DNA of 64,000 nt. Source: Haliotis rufescens. Its lineage: Eukaryota. The position numbers and the translations under genes are program-made. The stretch is taken from positions 59,768,001-59,832,000 of the forward strand of contig NW_025963779.1 in assembly GCF_023055435.1 (NCBI RefSeq), read 5' to 3'. A model generated the notes under the pieces. It had not been told where the DNA came from. It saw only the letters and a list, made by a program, of their open reading frames with translations, and made no database searches. How positions within the stretch are numbered: position 1 is the stretch's first letter; each line of letters opens with the position of its first letter. Below are positions 52,557-64,000 of this stretch, in pieces.

Positions 52557-55280
52557 ATGGACCTGCCAATGACTGACACCAATGAGAATGTACTGGTGGT
52601 CACTGAGGACTTCCAGTACTACATACCCAACTTGAATCAGGCTCAGGTGCGGCAAGTTCAGCATACCCCAGTCTCTCATCATAACAGTATGAACATGGGA
52701 GGTCACATTCCCATGCCCCAGTCCAGCCAAGCCCAGCATCTAGCCCCTCAAAACATCCATGCCCCTCCCGCAATGGGAAATATTGGGGGCATGAGGCCAG
52801 TACACATGGTACCCACAGGGATGGACATGGGCGACGGGCTGCAGATGCTGGGCAACATCTGCATGCAGACACAGCAGGAAAATATGGGAGTACCGCGGAC
52901 TATGGGAATTCCACGAACAGTTATGCAACAGACACTTCCAGGTCAGAGTTGCAGCTACGCCCAAATGTCCATGAATGGAGGGTCAATGCAGCAACATCCT
53001 GGGAATACCATGGTGACTCAAGCAAAGGATCATGGGTATTCCAGGAACATGATGCAACCCCAAAGGGATAATGTGAACTATCAGTCGTCTGAAGCTTACA
53101 AAGCTGCCCTGATGATAATGACACCCGATAACATGCAGGACAGCATGACAACATACCAGACAGTCCAACTCAGTAATGTTAATCTCAATATCAATGCAAC
53201 CAATACCAACATTCTTCCACAAGTAAACAATCCAGTGAACTCTTTTAGTGCGACTATTAACACTCTAAACTCTGTGAATGCACTGAACACCCTTCCTCAG
53301 CCTGCGGTGGTCACCCAGACCATTGACAACTGTCAGCTAACGGAACTGAGGGCCCAGTTTCACACTGACTACAACACAGACCCATTCCAGAAAGAACTGG
53401 AGGAAGATAAATCTCCTAAAAAGAGAAAGAAGATGGCAGTTTTACGAACAGGGAAGGAAGATGATGGGAAGGTGAACCAGGTGATGTTGGACAATGTAAC
53501 TCTTCAGATGCCGAAGATACGAAAGAAAGGTAGTGGCAGAAAACCGAAGGTCAAGGCATGTCATTTCTGTGCAAAGGAGCTTGTGGAACCAGACAAGTCT
53601 GTGTTGTTTAAGATTGGAGAGGATGGTAAAAGCGTGTTCTTTGATACATGTAATGCTTGTTTAGCTCGGGAGAACTCACAGATTGCTGCAGGAAGGGGTG
53701 AAGTTCAACCAGAGCCAATACAACATGTTCCAGTTCCAGAAATTCCTGCTCCTCCTATTGTTGTACCTAAGGTTAAAACTCCAGAAAACATATGTCAGGT
53801 ATGCTCGAAACATGTGGAGAAAATAACGTCTGTCATTGCTAAAATTGAAGATGGAAAAGTAACCTACTTAAATGCTTGTAAAGAGTGCTCTTTCAAGCCA
53901 AAGCCAGTTGAAGAAAAGAAGAAAAAGAAATTGAAGGACAAGAAGAAAAAGAAGTTAAAGAAATTAAAGAAGTTGAATGAAGTAGAAGGTGGTGCAGCTA
54001 AAGTAGATGAACCTGTCATTGAAGGTGGAGATGTTACTGAAGCCAGACCCGATGAATCTACATCAGACGAACCGAAAGTAGTGAAGACAATCGGAACTCA
54101 GGTTGATGAAAATCCCTATAAATGGAAGTGTAGCACGTGTAAGAAGCTGTTTGGTTCTAAAAATGAGCTGCAGAAACATCGTCGTCAGAATCATCGCTAC
54201 TATCGTCTCTTTCAGTGTGATCAGTGTGAGAGTAAAATCAAGATCTACAGCTCGACAGAGATGGTTGATTGTTTCAACTGTGGTAAACACTTTGACCAAA
54301 CAAACTATAGTCCATATACTTTATCAAAACAGTTCTATGTTAAAAGAACTACTCAGGACCTCAAGTGCCCGATTTGTGAGAAGCAGTTTTCTTCACGAAG
54401 AGGTGTCCTTGAGCATCAGAAGATCCACACAAACATCAAGCCCCACCTGTGTAATGTGTGTGGGAAAACATTCCGGACCCTGCCCCCACTGCGGATCCAC
54501 ATGAGGGTCCACACTGGGGAAAAACCGTACCAGTGTGAAATGTGTGGCAAGTGTTTCCGACAAAGTTCAGCTCTCAACATGCATGTACGTCATCACACGG
54601 GAGAAACTCCATATTCTTGTGAAGTCTGTGACAAAAAGTTTGCACGAAGAAGCCAATACACCAAGCACATGGAGAGTCATACTGAGAAAACATTTGTGTG
54701 CACAGTGTGTAGTAAGAAGTTCCCTACAGAGGTCCGTCTGAAGCGACATCACCGTAAGCATACAGACGAGAACCCATACAGGTGCACTGTCTGTGGTATG
54801 AACTATGAAGAAAACAGCGCATACCGCAGACACATGCAGAAGCATGACGTCATGAATCCCTACCGCTGTACCCTGTGTGGCAAGCAGTTCGGGGGACGGC
54901 GGGGATTGATGGAACATGCCGTGGGTCACCAGGAAGGCAATGAGTTCAAGTGTGGCATCTGTGGGGAGGAGTACACCAACAAGGAGGACCTGGACACTCA
55001 CATCCAGTCCCATTTCATTGAGAAACCTTACAAATGTCAGCACTGTGACCTCTCCTTCTCCACCAAAAGCCTGCTGGAACACCACACCAACTTCCACTCA
55101 ACCAGGGAGTTCTTTGACTGTAAGAAGTGTGGTAAAAAGTTCACGAAGCGGGTGACATTGGACATGCACATGAGACGTCATGATGGTGCGAAGCCATTCA
55201 AGTGTTTCATCTGTGGTGAGGAATACTTGTGGAGCACCACATTAGATTCTCACATGAAGACACATTATGTAAATGTTTAG
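52557..55280 (+). CDS. C2H2 zinc-finger transcription factor, 907 aa, single coding exon, 12 C2H2 fingers
   Basis: Long intact ORF after an acceptor at 52518, Kozak cccaccATGG. It has a Q/M/N-rich N-terminus, basic NLS-like patches (PKKRKK; KKKKKLKDKKKKK) and tandem CxxC..HxxxH fingers with TGEKPY/TGETPY linkers. Confidence 0.95.
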   Translation: MDLPMTDTNENVLVVTEDFQYYIPNLNQAQVRQVQHTPVSHHNSMNMGGHIPMPQSSQAQHLAPQNIHAPPAMGNIGGMRPVHMVPTGMDMGDGLQMLGNICMQTQQENMGVPRTMGIPRTVMQQTLPGQSCSYAQMSMNGGSMQQHPGNTMVTQAKDHGYSRNMMQPQRDNVNYQSSEAYKAALMIMTPDNMQDSMTTYQTVQLSNVNLNINATNTNILPQVNNPVNSFSATINTLNSVNALNTLPQPAVVTQTIDNCQLTELRAQFHTDYNTDPFQKELEEDKSPKKRKKMAVLRTGKEDDGKVNQVMLDNVTLQMPKIRKKGSGRKPKVKACHFCAKELVEPDKSVLFKIGEDGKSVFFDTCNACLARENSQIAAGRGEVQPEPIQHVPVPEIPAPPIVVPKVKTPENICQVCSKHVEKITSVIAKIEDGKVTYLNACKECSFKPKPVEEKKKKKLKDKKKKKLKKLKKLNEVEGGAAKVDEPVIEGGDVTEARPDESTSDEPKVVKTIGTQVDENPYKWKCSTCKKLFGSKNELQKHRRQNHRYYRLFQCDQCESKIKIYSSTEMVDCFNCGKHFDQTNYSPYTLSKQFYVKRTTQDLKCPICEKQFSSRRGVLEHQKIHTNIKPHLCNVCGKTFRTLPPLRIHMRVHTGEKPYQCEMCGKCFRQSSALNMHVRHHTGETPYSCEVCDKKFARRSQYTKHMESHTEKTFVCTVCSKKFPTEVRLKRHHRKHTDENPYRCTVCGMNYEENSAYRRHMQKHDVMNPYRCTLCGKQFGGRRGLMEHAVGHQEGNEFKCGICGEEYTNKEDLDTHIQSHFIEKPYKCQHCDLSFSTKSLLEHHTNFHSTREFFDCKKCGKKFTKRVTLDMHMRRHDGAKPFKCFICGEEYLWSTTLDSHMKTHYVNV

Positions 55281-58200
55281 ACAACTGACTGTACGTCTTG
55301 GTATTTTACATGTTGAATGATAGACACATAGATGATCCATTGTTTGGCTGGGACTAAGTCTAATTATTAAAATTGTGATATATTTAACTTCTTAAAATCA
55401 AAAGACATTTTCTGTAAGGTAAGAAGACATTGTTTTGCTTACTGTATTGTAAGCAGTAAGTCTGTCCTATGACCTGGACGAATGGTCAAGTTATATATGA
55501 TTGTATAAATATGATAAAGATCGAACGACTTCTGAAACTTATTCACATTTATGAAAACCCACATTAGTCCGAACTCAATTTTCAACGAGAAAGAAGGATA
55601 AGTACCTCAGCTCAATGTTTCAGGTGGGCATGGGAACTGACCCCTGAATAGATAAAGCACATTAATTTTAGAGCAGTAGGCATGAATCTCCATAACCTTA
55701 CTCATCATTTTCACAGGTAGGGAATCAGGCAGACTTATTCTTTTGAAGGAGCTTTGTATGCATGCATATTGTTAAGTTACTCATAGCTATGCAGAGGCCA
55801 TGTCCAGTATTGGAGACCTCGTATTGTATATTTGTGTGTATAACACTGTACACACTTGTGTATAATCAGCTCCCCGCTCCTTCATGGGTTCAGGGGTGTC
55901 TTTTTAAAAAGCTAACCCGTGTACAGTGTGCCATCCAAAACTACATTGTATTGGGTCAGATGAAGTATATGTTGGCGCAGTCAGGAGATTTCAAAGTAGG
56001 CCATAATGTCAATGTATAAATGTTGCAAGAAACAATTACTAGACATCAGAAAATATGGTATTCAGGGTACTAGAGACAATTGATTTAATTGTAAGTTTAA
56101 TAGACATTATAGCCTAGCTATTGTGTATATATGTATATCTGTATCACAATGTTGGTAGAATATTGAGTTTCATCATGTGTATGATGTTACTGATTTGTAT
56201 GATAGTTATGACAAAGTCAATTATCATAGAAAAAGAGAGAGGAGCATTCTTTGAAACTCCAATATTGTATGGCATTACGGCTTGCTATGCAGTCTGTTTG
56301 CACATAATGAACAGCTTCATGCAGAGTCACTCCAACATCTATACAGTAAAGGTTGTTTGAAGAATACTTCTGGTAATGAGCTCTATATTTTATGCATCAC
56401 ATCAAATATTATTTTTGAAGATGAGGAAAGAGTCAGGAAATGATACATTGATGTACGTACATTCTCAATATAATGAGATCTTTTCTTCCATCTGATACTC
56501 TTCGGTGTGAAGATCTGAGGACACTTCATAGGAGATCAGGGGAACTTTCTAATCAGCCAATCAGCATCAAGGTCTCTAAATTCTCAGTACAATCGTTAGA
56601 GGCGACTAACTGGATCGGGTGGTCAGACTCGCTGACTTGGTTGATGCATGTCATCGTATCCCAATTGCGTGGATTGATGATCATGATGTCAATTACTGGA
56701 TTGTCTGATAGAGACTGGATTGTTTACAGACCGCCGTCGTATAGCTGGAATATTGCGGAGTGCTGCATGGTACAACAAAGAAAACTTACGTCCAAAAAAC
56801 AAATAACAAACAGTACAAATGATTGAAGAATTCAAACCAGCATATCTGATTTCTGTATCTCGAAAACAAAAAAGTCCCTAAAGTAGAAAGTATGAGGGCA
56901 TCATCATTGTTGTGGACGATTGGTACATTCTCTCGCTCCAAGCGCCATGGCATGTACACACAATAGCGAGTACCATCAAAGAAATATGATCTTCAGCAAC
57001 CCACGCTTGTTGTAAGAGGCGACTAACGAGAATGGGTGTCAGGCTTGGTGACTTGGTTGATGCATGCCATCGTATCCTATTTGCATTGATCGATGCTCAT
57101 GATGTCAATCATTGGATTGTCTGGTCCAGATTTGATTATTTATAGACAGATGTCATGTAGCTGGAATATTGCTGGGTGCAGCATTAAACAAGAAACAAAC
57201 AAATGAATTAAGGTGCTTAATAGTCAAATCATTTTAAAAAGCTGACATTTGAATGGCTCTAGAACAGCCTTCATTTAGACAGGGCGATTGAAGTGCACTC
57301 CTGGTTGACATCATGCAAACTTCCATGGAGGTGACCTCAGATCTTAACGCAGATATGTATCATGTCGGTGTAAAAGATAGGATTTTAATAACATTGCATT
57401 AATGTACAGCTTTCAAAGGAATTATGTTTAAGCAGTTTGGTTTGAAGTGGTTGTTAGTACATTCTGTAAATCTTTAATAATGTATCCATGGTATAGTATG
57501 ACAATCCTTAGTTCAAAGGATCTGGGACATGTACAGTACTTTAAGGGTAATCCTTTATCTGTTGGTCTAGATGTTATGTAGTGACAGATTATATTTCATG
57601 TACATGCATTATTAGTAGTTCTCGAATGTATCACAAGAAGGGCTCTCAAGATATCGCAGGGTGGATATTGCAAGGCAATATTACAATACTGCAGTCATGT
57701 TTTAATATTGCCATCATACAAGAGTATGTGATGGTTGGGTATACAATTTTGTGTTGGAAGGCACACAGTTTGGATACATTTTCAATTGATGTGATTGAAC
57801 TTATGTGAATAGGTGAATAGATGCCTGGCTTGAATAGACACGACTGATAGGCTCACAAATTAAATAAATGCCTGTGAATTGTTACCAGATCAATGCAAAT
57901 GGACAGGGAAACTTTTATCTCTACACATAGATATTCCTTTATGTACTCATTGAAGTGATAGTAAGAAACAAAAGCTGTCATCATACAAAATGCAAATCTC
58001 ACTCGTTCTGGTCAAATTTAACACCCTTCATTGAAATTTAATGTTTGCAATACTGAAAAAAATAGATGCCTGCCTTCAAAAGATGCTGGGTGTAAGATCC
58101 CCAGGCACCCATTCAAGGATATACAGTATTTGGCCCAGTGTCCTTTTGGGTCTCAACCTCTCAGGTGCCAGGATATTCTTGTCCTGGATTTGAATGCTGA

Positions 58201-59344
58201 GTAGGTGGACACAATATCGATGCTTATTGGTGTCACCAAAGTGGTCAAAGTTACCACCCTTCAGACTTTCAACCTATATGAAGCAGTCATGTCATTTCAT
58301 AATGTTACTGGAAGACTGTAACTCTAACACTGTTTGAACTGAAGGCTGTGTTAAGCCCAATTCACTCCTCCATTGTACTGCTTATGTCAAGTTGCCTGCT
58401 TCGAATCTGGTCACTAGTTTGAGATAGAAGACCCTTACCATGGTTACAGTTGCCTCTTACAAAGTTGAATATGTGTATTGAATATTTAGTAGTTGTTACT
58501 TTGTGAATGAAATGCAATAAATGTGATAATATACTCTTTCTGAGTGTAATAACCTATCAAAACAATAAGATACAATGCAATACAATGATGATATGTTACT
58601 ATTAGACTGGAGTCTGTTATAGATTTATCCACTGTTGCACCAATATTGTCCAGTGCTTTATAGCATTTATCTCAGATGTGACATAGTAAATAAATACTAA
58701 ATATGCAATAAATGCCCCAGCGTGAAATGGAATTACCACATCAGTCAGGGTACCTGTAATTCAATTGGGGTTATTCATGGGGCAATATCATACCATACGA
58801 TAATATTTTTGTTTGTGCGTTAGTTTGAATGCATGAAGTATGACAAGTACATTTTTTTTAATTTAGATCTTACAGTTATTTTGTGTGCCATGATTCCAAT
58901 GTATAATCCCCTCTCCATAAAAATGGATCAATAAATTTCCATAATAGATGAAACATGTTTTCTTGGTTTTTTTCTTGCAAGTCTTGTAAACCAGCAGGTA
59001 AAAAGGCAAACGGAAGTCACCTAAATGTAGAAGTGATACTTTTGACACTGTTTAGGACACAGTAAATCTATTTCATTACCATTAGACATCAAAAGTTTTG
59101 TGAATTCATTCGTTGAATATGGTGAGGATCGGTGAAAAAAGAAAGTTGGTGAAATGACTCTCCATGGCGGTACTACAAGAAAGCTGAAAGAAGCACACGT
59201 CTGCTCTAGGTGACCATTAGTACTGCTTGTGTCCACCTCTTGCGATTTTGCCGGCAGCTCCTTTTGAATCCACTTTTCGCACGTATTCTCAGCGTACTGG
59301 GTATCCTGCCAGAATGGATCTGGCATCAAGTTCATCCCCCCTAT

Positions 59345-59770
59345 GAGGGTTGAGAAACCAGCAACTGAGGATGCTCCTGGAACCGTGGAAGAACTAGTTC
59401 TTGCAAGACGTCATCCCTGCACACCCGGGTGTTAATATTCAGTCTGAAGATGTGAAGGCGATTGTGTGCATGGCTAGCACTGCCACCTCTGAATCTGTTC
59501 CATCATCACACAGTTGTCTGCATAACCAGCTGATGACACTCATTGGGTAGTCGCCAAATGTGGACACGTCCATCAGCATGAGGCGGATGAAAAACGACTC
59601 TCAACACAGAACATGACTTCTTGCATGCAGTGAGCGATCTGTCAGTCCCTATATGACAGTAGAATGTTTGAAACAGGCGTGTGTTTTTAGGCTGGTCTGG
59701 AAACTGTTTACTGTTGGGTGTTTTATCCAGTTGTATAATCCCATTAAACGACAGCAGATGTTTTGAAAGA
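59345..59770 (-). mobile_element. Highly degenerate Tc1-like transposase relic
   Basis: Frameshifted fragments ESxF..HADGRVHIWRLPNE, YADNCV...RF.GGS and DDVLQELVLPRFQ.HP resemble the Tc1 DDE region. Confidence 0.5.
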
Positions 59771-60428
59771 ACAGTATCCAAACGTTTTAAAGTTCCCATC
59801 TTTGGGGTTGTAGTTGATTCTTAGAGTTGGAACGAAAGAGTCACTGTGGTAGTTGAGCTGTTCTATTGATGAACTGATGTGTCAGGGAGAACTATTGTAA
59901 TCATCTCGAGCACGTATTGGGAGCCAATGAAGAGACTTAAGTATTGGCTGATTGACCATATAGGCTGATTGATGGTAACATTCGACTCAAAATAAATGAG
60001 AGAAAAAACACACCAAGCAAATGCTGTCCGGTAGTCGCGAGGATCTGTTATCAGTTGATCAGTCGTTCCCTATGCTTATGAACTAGGTCGGAATGAGGGT
60101 GTCGGGCTCAGTGACCCTTTCATCACAGAGGTCCTGGCATCACACAACAAGGTTGGCATTGAAACATTGCTCATAATATCAACCACTGGTTTGTCTGGTC
60201 CAGATTCGATTACGAAAAAAAAATACAGATCATGCATCCATATTGATGACTGCATCCTTTATCAACATTCACTCACTAAGTATCAAGTACCTGATGTAAC
60301 AGAAATACTTTCAAAGCGACCTCGCTCAATACACCACCATATATATAAGCAAGAGTAAGAAATTTGTTTTACACGAAAAACATTCATGGGTAAACGTACC
60401 GAGCTAATGATCATTTCATTGCCAATTA

Positions 60429-60722
60429 GGGGCACGGGTGGCCCAGTCGTCTAAGGCACCGCGATTCGCTGTGCAGAGTTGCGTCCCTTGGGCACGCCAG
60501 AAACCTATGATTGTGGGATCGAATCCCGGTTTGCCCCAATTATGTTTCTAGGTTTGTCAGCACCATACCCGTGCTCGTGGGTTTCACCGAAGTGGTAAAC
60601 GTCTTAGACCTGCGTCACTTCGGGCTTTCCTCCCACATTAAGCTGACACGCCGTGATATAACTGGAATAATGTTAAAAGCGGCGTTAAATCCAACTCACT
60701 CACTCACTCACTCACTCACTCA
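60429..60722 (+). mobile_element. tRNA-Leu-like-headed SINE, full-length
   Basis: ggggcacgggtggcccagtcgtctaagg (A box), ggatcgaatcc (B box), 3' tataactggaat..tgttaaaagcggcgttaaa, then (actc)n. Confidence 0.85.
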
Positions 60723-60865
60723 TTGCCAATAACAATCAGTCGTACATATTGTGAAGTAGTAGTATCCCTAAACCCGTGTTACAGGCGTACCGGGTCAACG
60801 TACGTGATTCGTGGCAAGAATGATGCACTATTGCGTCATTACACTGAGTGACATCAGTAATCATT

Positions 60866-61296
60866 AGTTACGTCCACGGCAGTAGTTCATTACGTCAACA
60901 ACGGTGTTTGTATTACGTACACGGCAGTACATCATTACGTCAACAACGGTGTTTGTATTACGTACACGGCAGTAGTTCATTACGTCAACAACGGTGTTTG
61001 TATTACGTCCACGGCAGTAGATCATTACGTCAACAACGGTGTTTGTATTACGTCCACGGCAGTAGATCATTACGTCAACAACGGTGTTTGTATTACGTAC
61101 ACAGCGGTAGTTCATTACGTCAACAACGGTGTTTGTATTACGTACACAGCGGTAGTTCATTACGTCAACAACGGTGTTTGTATTACGTACACAGCGGTAG
61201 TTCATTACGTCAACAACGGTGTTTGTATTACGTCCAAAACGGTAGTTCATTACGTCAACAACGGTGTTTGTATTACGTACACGGCAGTAGTTCATT
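60866..61296. repeat. 45-bp VNTR (~9.5 units) upstream of the HPGD-like gene
   Basis: Unit cacggcagtagttcattacgtcaacaacggtgtttgtattacgta. Confidence 0.95.
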
Positions 61297-62105
61297 TCAT
61301 CATAGGAGCAGTGTTGTCCTAACAAATGCAGCGTCATTTTGTTATTTTCTAAGATGCACACCTAAAATGACTTGTTATTTTGTTGATTAGATGTTGTATA
61401 AAGACTATATTATTATCACAACGGGAGCCGCATGTGCTTCTATAACATTAAATTGCTGTTTTTGTTTGGGGGGCGTCAATATCCCAAGTTGCCCGAATGG
61501 CAAATAAAAAATGTAAATTCTCGACAGTGGGACAAGTACCGTCAAACGGTTGGGCTGCAATGAGATCAACGTACATGTATCCCTCAACATGGTGGATATA
61601 CCAGATATTGATCTAATAAATTTTAAAGATATAATCGTCATTACGCCTTCAAGTTCACTATAACTTCACCAGTTGCCTTATTTTTTGTATTTGTATTTTT
61701 TATATATTTTAGAATAATTACACGGATATATGTTAACTCGCTTACTTTGCGCAATTAAATATAGATCTACATTCTTAGTTTTCCCACGGACTTGTATAAC
61801 CGGTTATATAGGTCCGTGGTTTTTCGTACATTTTATTACAAAACATTTCAAACGAGAATGTAAATTTAACAGTGTTCACATTCGGAGAACGAACGCTGTG
61901 ACATGACGCCGACGACATTGTGACCCTCGTTTATCCAGTTAACGCACATCTGATACAACAGTCTGGATGAGACGAATGCGGATGCATGCCGTCAAGTGAA
62001 ATAGCCTTTATACACCAAAGGACCTTGGAAAACTCACGTTCAAAAGGGTTGTTTTGAAGTGCAGCTCTTTAGGTTTTGCGTGTTCCAAATTACCCTTAAA
62101 TCAGC

Positions 62106-63839
62106 ATGTCATTATCGGGAAAAGTTGCACTGATTACTGGAGCAGCGCAAGGTTTAGGAAAAGCTTTCTCGGAAGTCCTGTTGAAGCGAGGAGCGAACGT
62201 AAGCTCAGAGGATATTTGGAGTCTCCGAGTGGCCGTTCATAATGATTTTGTACAGTGTATCTATAGTTTAGTGAGCTTTAAAGGATATTTCTTTAGAGGA
62301 ATCGTCCAAATTCATGCTAACATAAATGATTAACTGATTTCCTGTTTACCACAGGTTTGTGTGGCCGATATCAAAGTCCAAACAGGGGAGGCAACTGTGT
62401 CGTCTTTCCAACAACAGTACAGCAGAGACAGGGCTTTCTTCTTTAAGTGTGACGTGACGCGCGAGAATGACATCAAAGGTTCGAATCCTCATTATGAAAT
62501 ATATTTCTTGAAAGCATTAATTACTGGAATACGTTATAGTACATATTCGTAACGTATAATTGAATCCTAAGCACATTATTTGGCTCCTTGTGTGTAACCT
62601 CAACAACATTGAGACTTGTACCGAATTTGACGTAATAAGCGCCCCTCTCTAATAAGCGTCCACCATGATATTTGCTAATGTATTGGCTAGTGAACAATCC
62701 CAATTAGCACCCCTTCCGACCAATATACACAAGACTTATTTATTTGTGTATTATACGCACCCGTGTGTAAAATGCACCCTTAATTACGGGGTAAATTCTG
62801 TCTGTTGTGTATAATACACACAGACTTTTCTTTTGTATCATTACAGTCTGTCAGCATAAACCACGAAATTTACAATCTTTCAACTCTGTTGTTTTTTTTC
62901 CACCAAAATTATATAATAATAAGAGCCCCCTATTTCTAATTTTGAGAGCGCCCTGGGCGCTTATTACGTTGAATACGGTATACATATAGATGAAAAAAAA
63001 AGAAAGAGGAAGGTCATGAACACATATAGCTGAGAGCCGCGATGGGGTTCTACAGTCAAGACATGCCCCTACATCACGTGACTGTAAGACCCCATCGCGG
63101 CTCTCAGCTAGAACAGATATTGTGCAATATTGTGTGTTACTGAAGTTATTTGCAACTTTCAGCCACATTTGATGCAGTGAAGAAACAGTATGGGCAGCTA
63201 GACATGGTGGTAAACAATGCTGGCATAGCTGATGAAGGCGCATGGAATAAAATGATTGATATCAATCTGGTTAGTGGAACATGTCCTATGCTCCTTGGTA
63301 AATAAGATGTCACTCATACCACGTTTGATTACTAAGTGTACTCACTGGCAGACCCACAGTGGGACCCAGGGGTCAACTGCCATCTCAGCCGTCATGACTT
63401 TTGTACAATTAAATTATTGTTATGAAAATCCTTGCTCTGTCTCTGTAGACTCCACTCAAACCTGTCAGTTGGTACATTGGGTTCAGGGCTAATATCACAG
63501 AATTAATCAGCATGCTCTGACAACATATACTCACTGCAGTGAAAACACATGCCCCCATCCCATGCCCCCATCCCACGCCCCCATCCCTCACCCCATCCCA
63601 CGCCTCCATCCCACGCCCCCATCTCACGCCCCCATCTCACCCCCCCATCCCACGCCCCCATCTTGGTGATTACTCTGAACTTAGTTCTAACCAGTATTAG
63701 CATAGCACTAGAACTGACACCATGCTTGTTCGTGTTGAGCAGAAGGGTGTTGTCATGGGGTCCCAGTATGCAGTGGAAGCTCTGAGACGTGACAAGGGAG
63801 GAAATGGAGGCCTCATCATAAACGTCTCATCTGCTGCAG
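62106..63839 (+). CDS. HPGD: 15-hydroxyprostaglandin dehydrogenase-like SDR, first 4 exons (gene runs off the window)
   Basis: Exons 62106-62198, 62355-62478, 63163-63269, 63743-63839 (93/124/107/97 nt), phases consistent. Translation: MSLSGKVALITGAAQGLGKAF...KCDVT...LDMVVNNAGIADEGAWNKMIDINL...KGGNGGLIINVSSAAG, with TGxxxGxG, NNAG and NxSS motifs typical of the HPGD subfamily. Confidence 0.9.
62621..62978. mobile_element. Second copy of the ccgta-TIR MITE, in HPGD intron 2
   Basis: Same TIRs and internal sequence as 46268-46610; TA flanks. Confidence 0.85.
63550..63662. repeat. 14-bp C-rich tandem repeat (G-quadruplex-prone on the - strand)
   Basis: (cccatcccacgccc)n, ~8 units, in HPGD intron 3. 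Confidence 0.85.
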
Positions 63840-63904
63840 GTATCTACACTATCAGTTGTTATAATTATGTGCAGTGAAACCCCCTATTCCGAACAGTTTC
63901 CAGC

Positions 63905-64000
63905 AAATTGTTCAGATTAACATAGTCTCCTGATTATCAAATTGTCTAGATTAACATAGTCTCCTGATTAACAAATTGTCCAGATTAACATAGTCTCCTG
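63905..64000. repeat. ~34-bp tandem repeat truncated by the window end
   Basis: aaattgtccagattaacatagtctcctgatta repeated 3 times after a cagtgaaacccc MITE-like end. Confidence 0.7.

Noticed and set aside
54567-55097. 176-aa antisense ORF within the zinc-finger gene
   Set aside because: Shadow ORF of a codon-biased coding strand, with no recognisable motifs.
60848-61390. 180-aa and 165-aa repetitive ORFs
   Set aside because: Artefacts of the 45-bp (in-frame) VNTR.

Overview
Eukaryotic (animal) genomic DNA. It is intron-rich and dense in SINEs and MITEs; the repeat families suggest a mollusc, possibly a gastropod such as abalone (inference). I reconstructed five protein-coding genes by hand from GT-AG junctions and reading-frame continuity: a 7-exon nicotinamide riboside kinase (NMRK, - strand), CCDC124/Lso2 (+, head-to-head with NMRK), an ER-type GT61 (EOGT/POMGNT2-family) glycosyltransferase ending in KTEL (-), a 907-aa C2H2 zinc-finger protein (+) and the 5' part of an HPGD-like SDR (+). 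A ~6.5-6.7 kb tandem duplication (20647-33871) copies the glycosyltransferase terminal exon. The window also holds decayed MULE, Gypsy and Tc1 elements, several MITE families, three SINE families and three minisatellites. The most striking observation is an intact, intronless 91-codon ORF (10428-10703, -) that stops only 5 nt before the NMRK start codon (TAA-TCACT-ATG). This suggests a bicistronic microprotein-NMRK mRNA.
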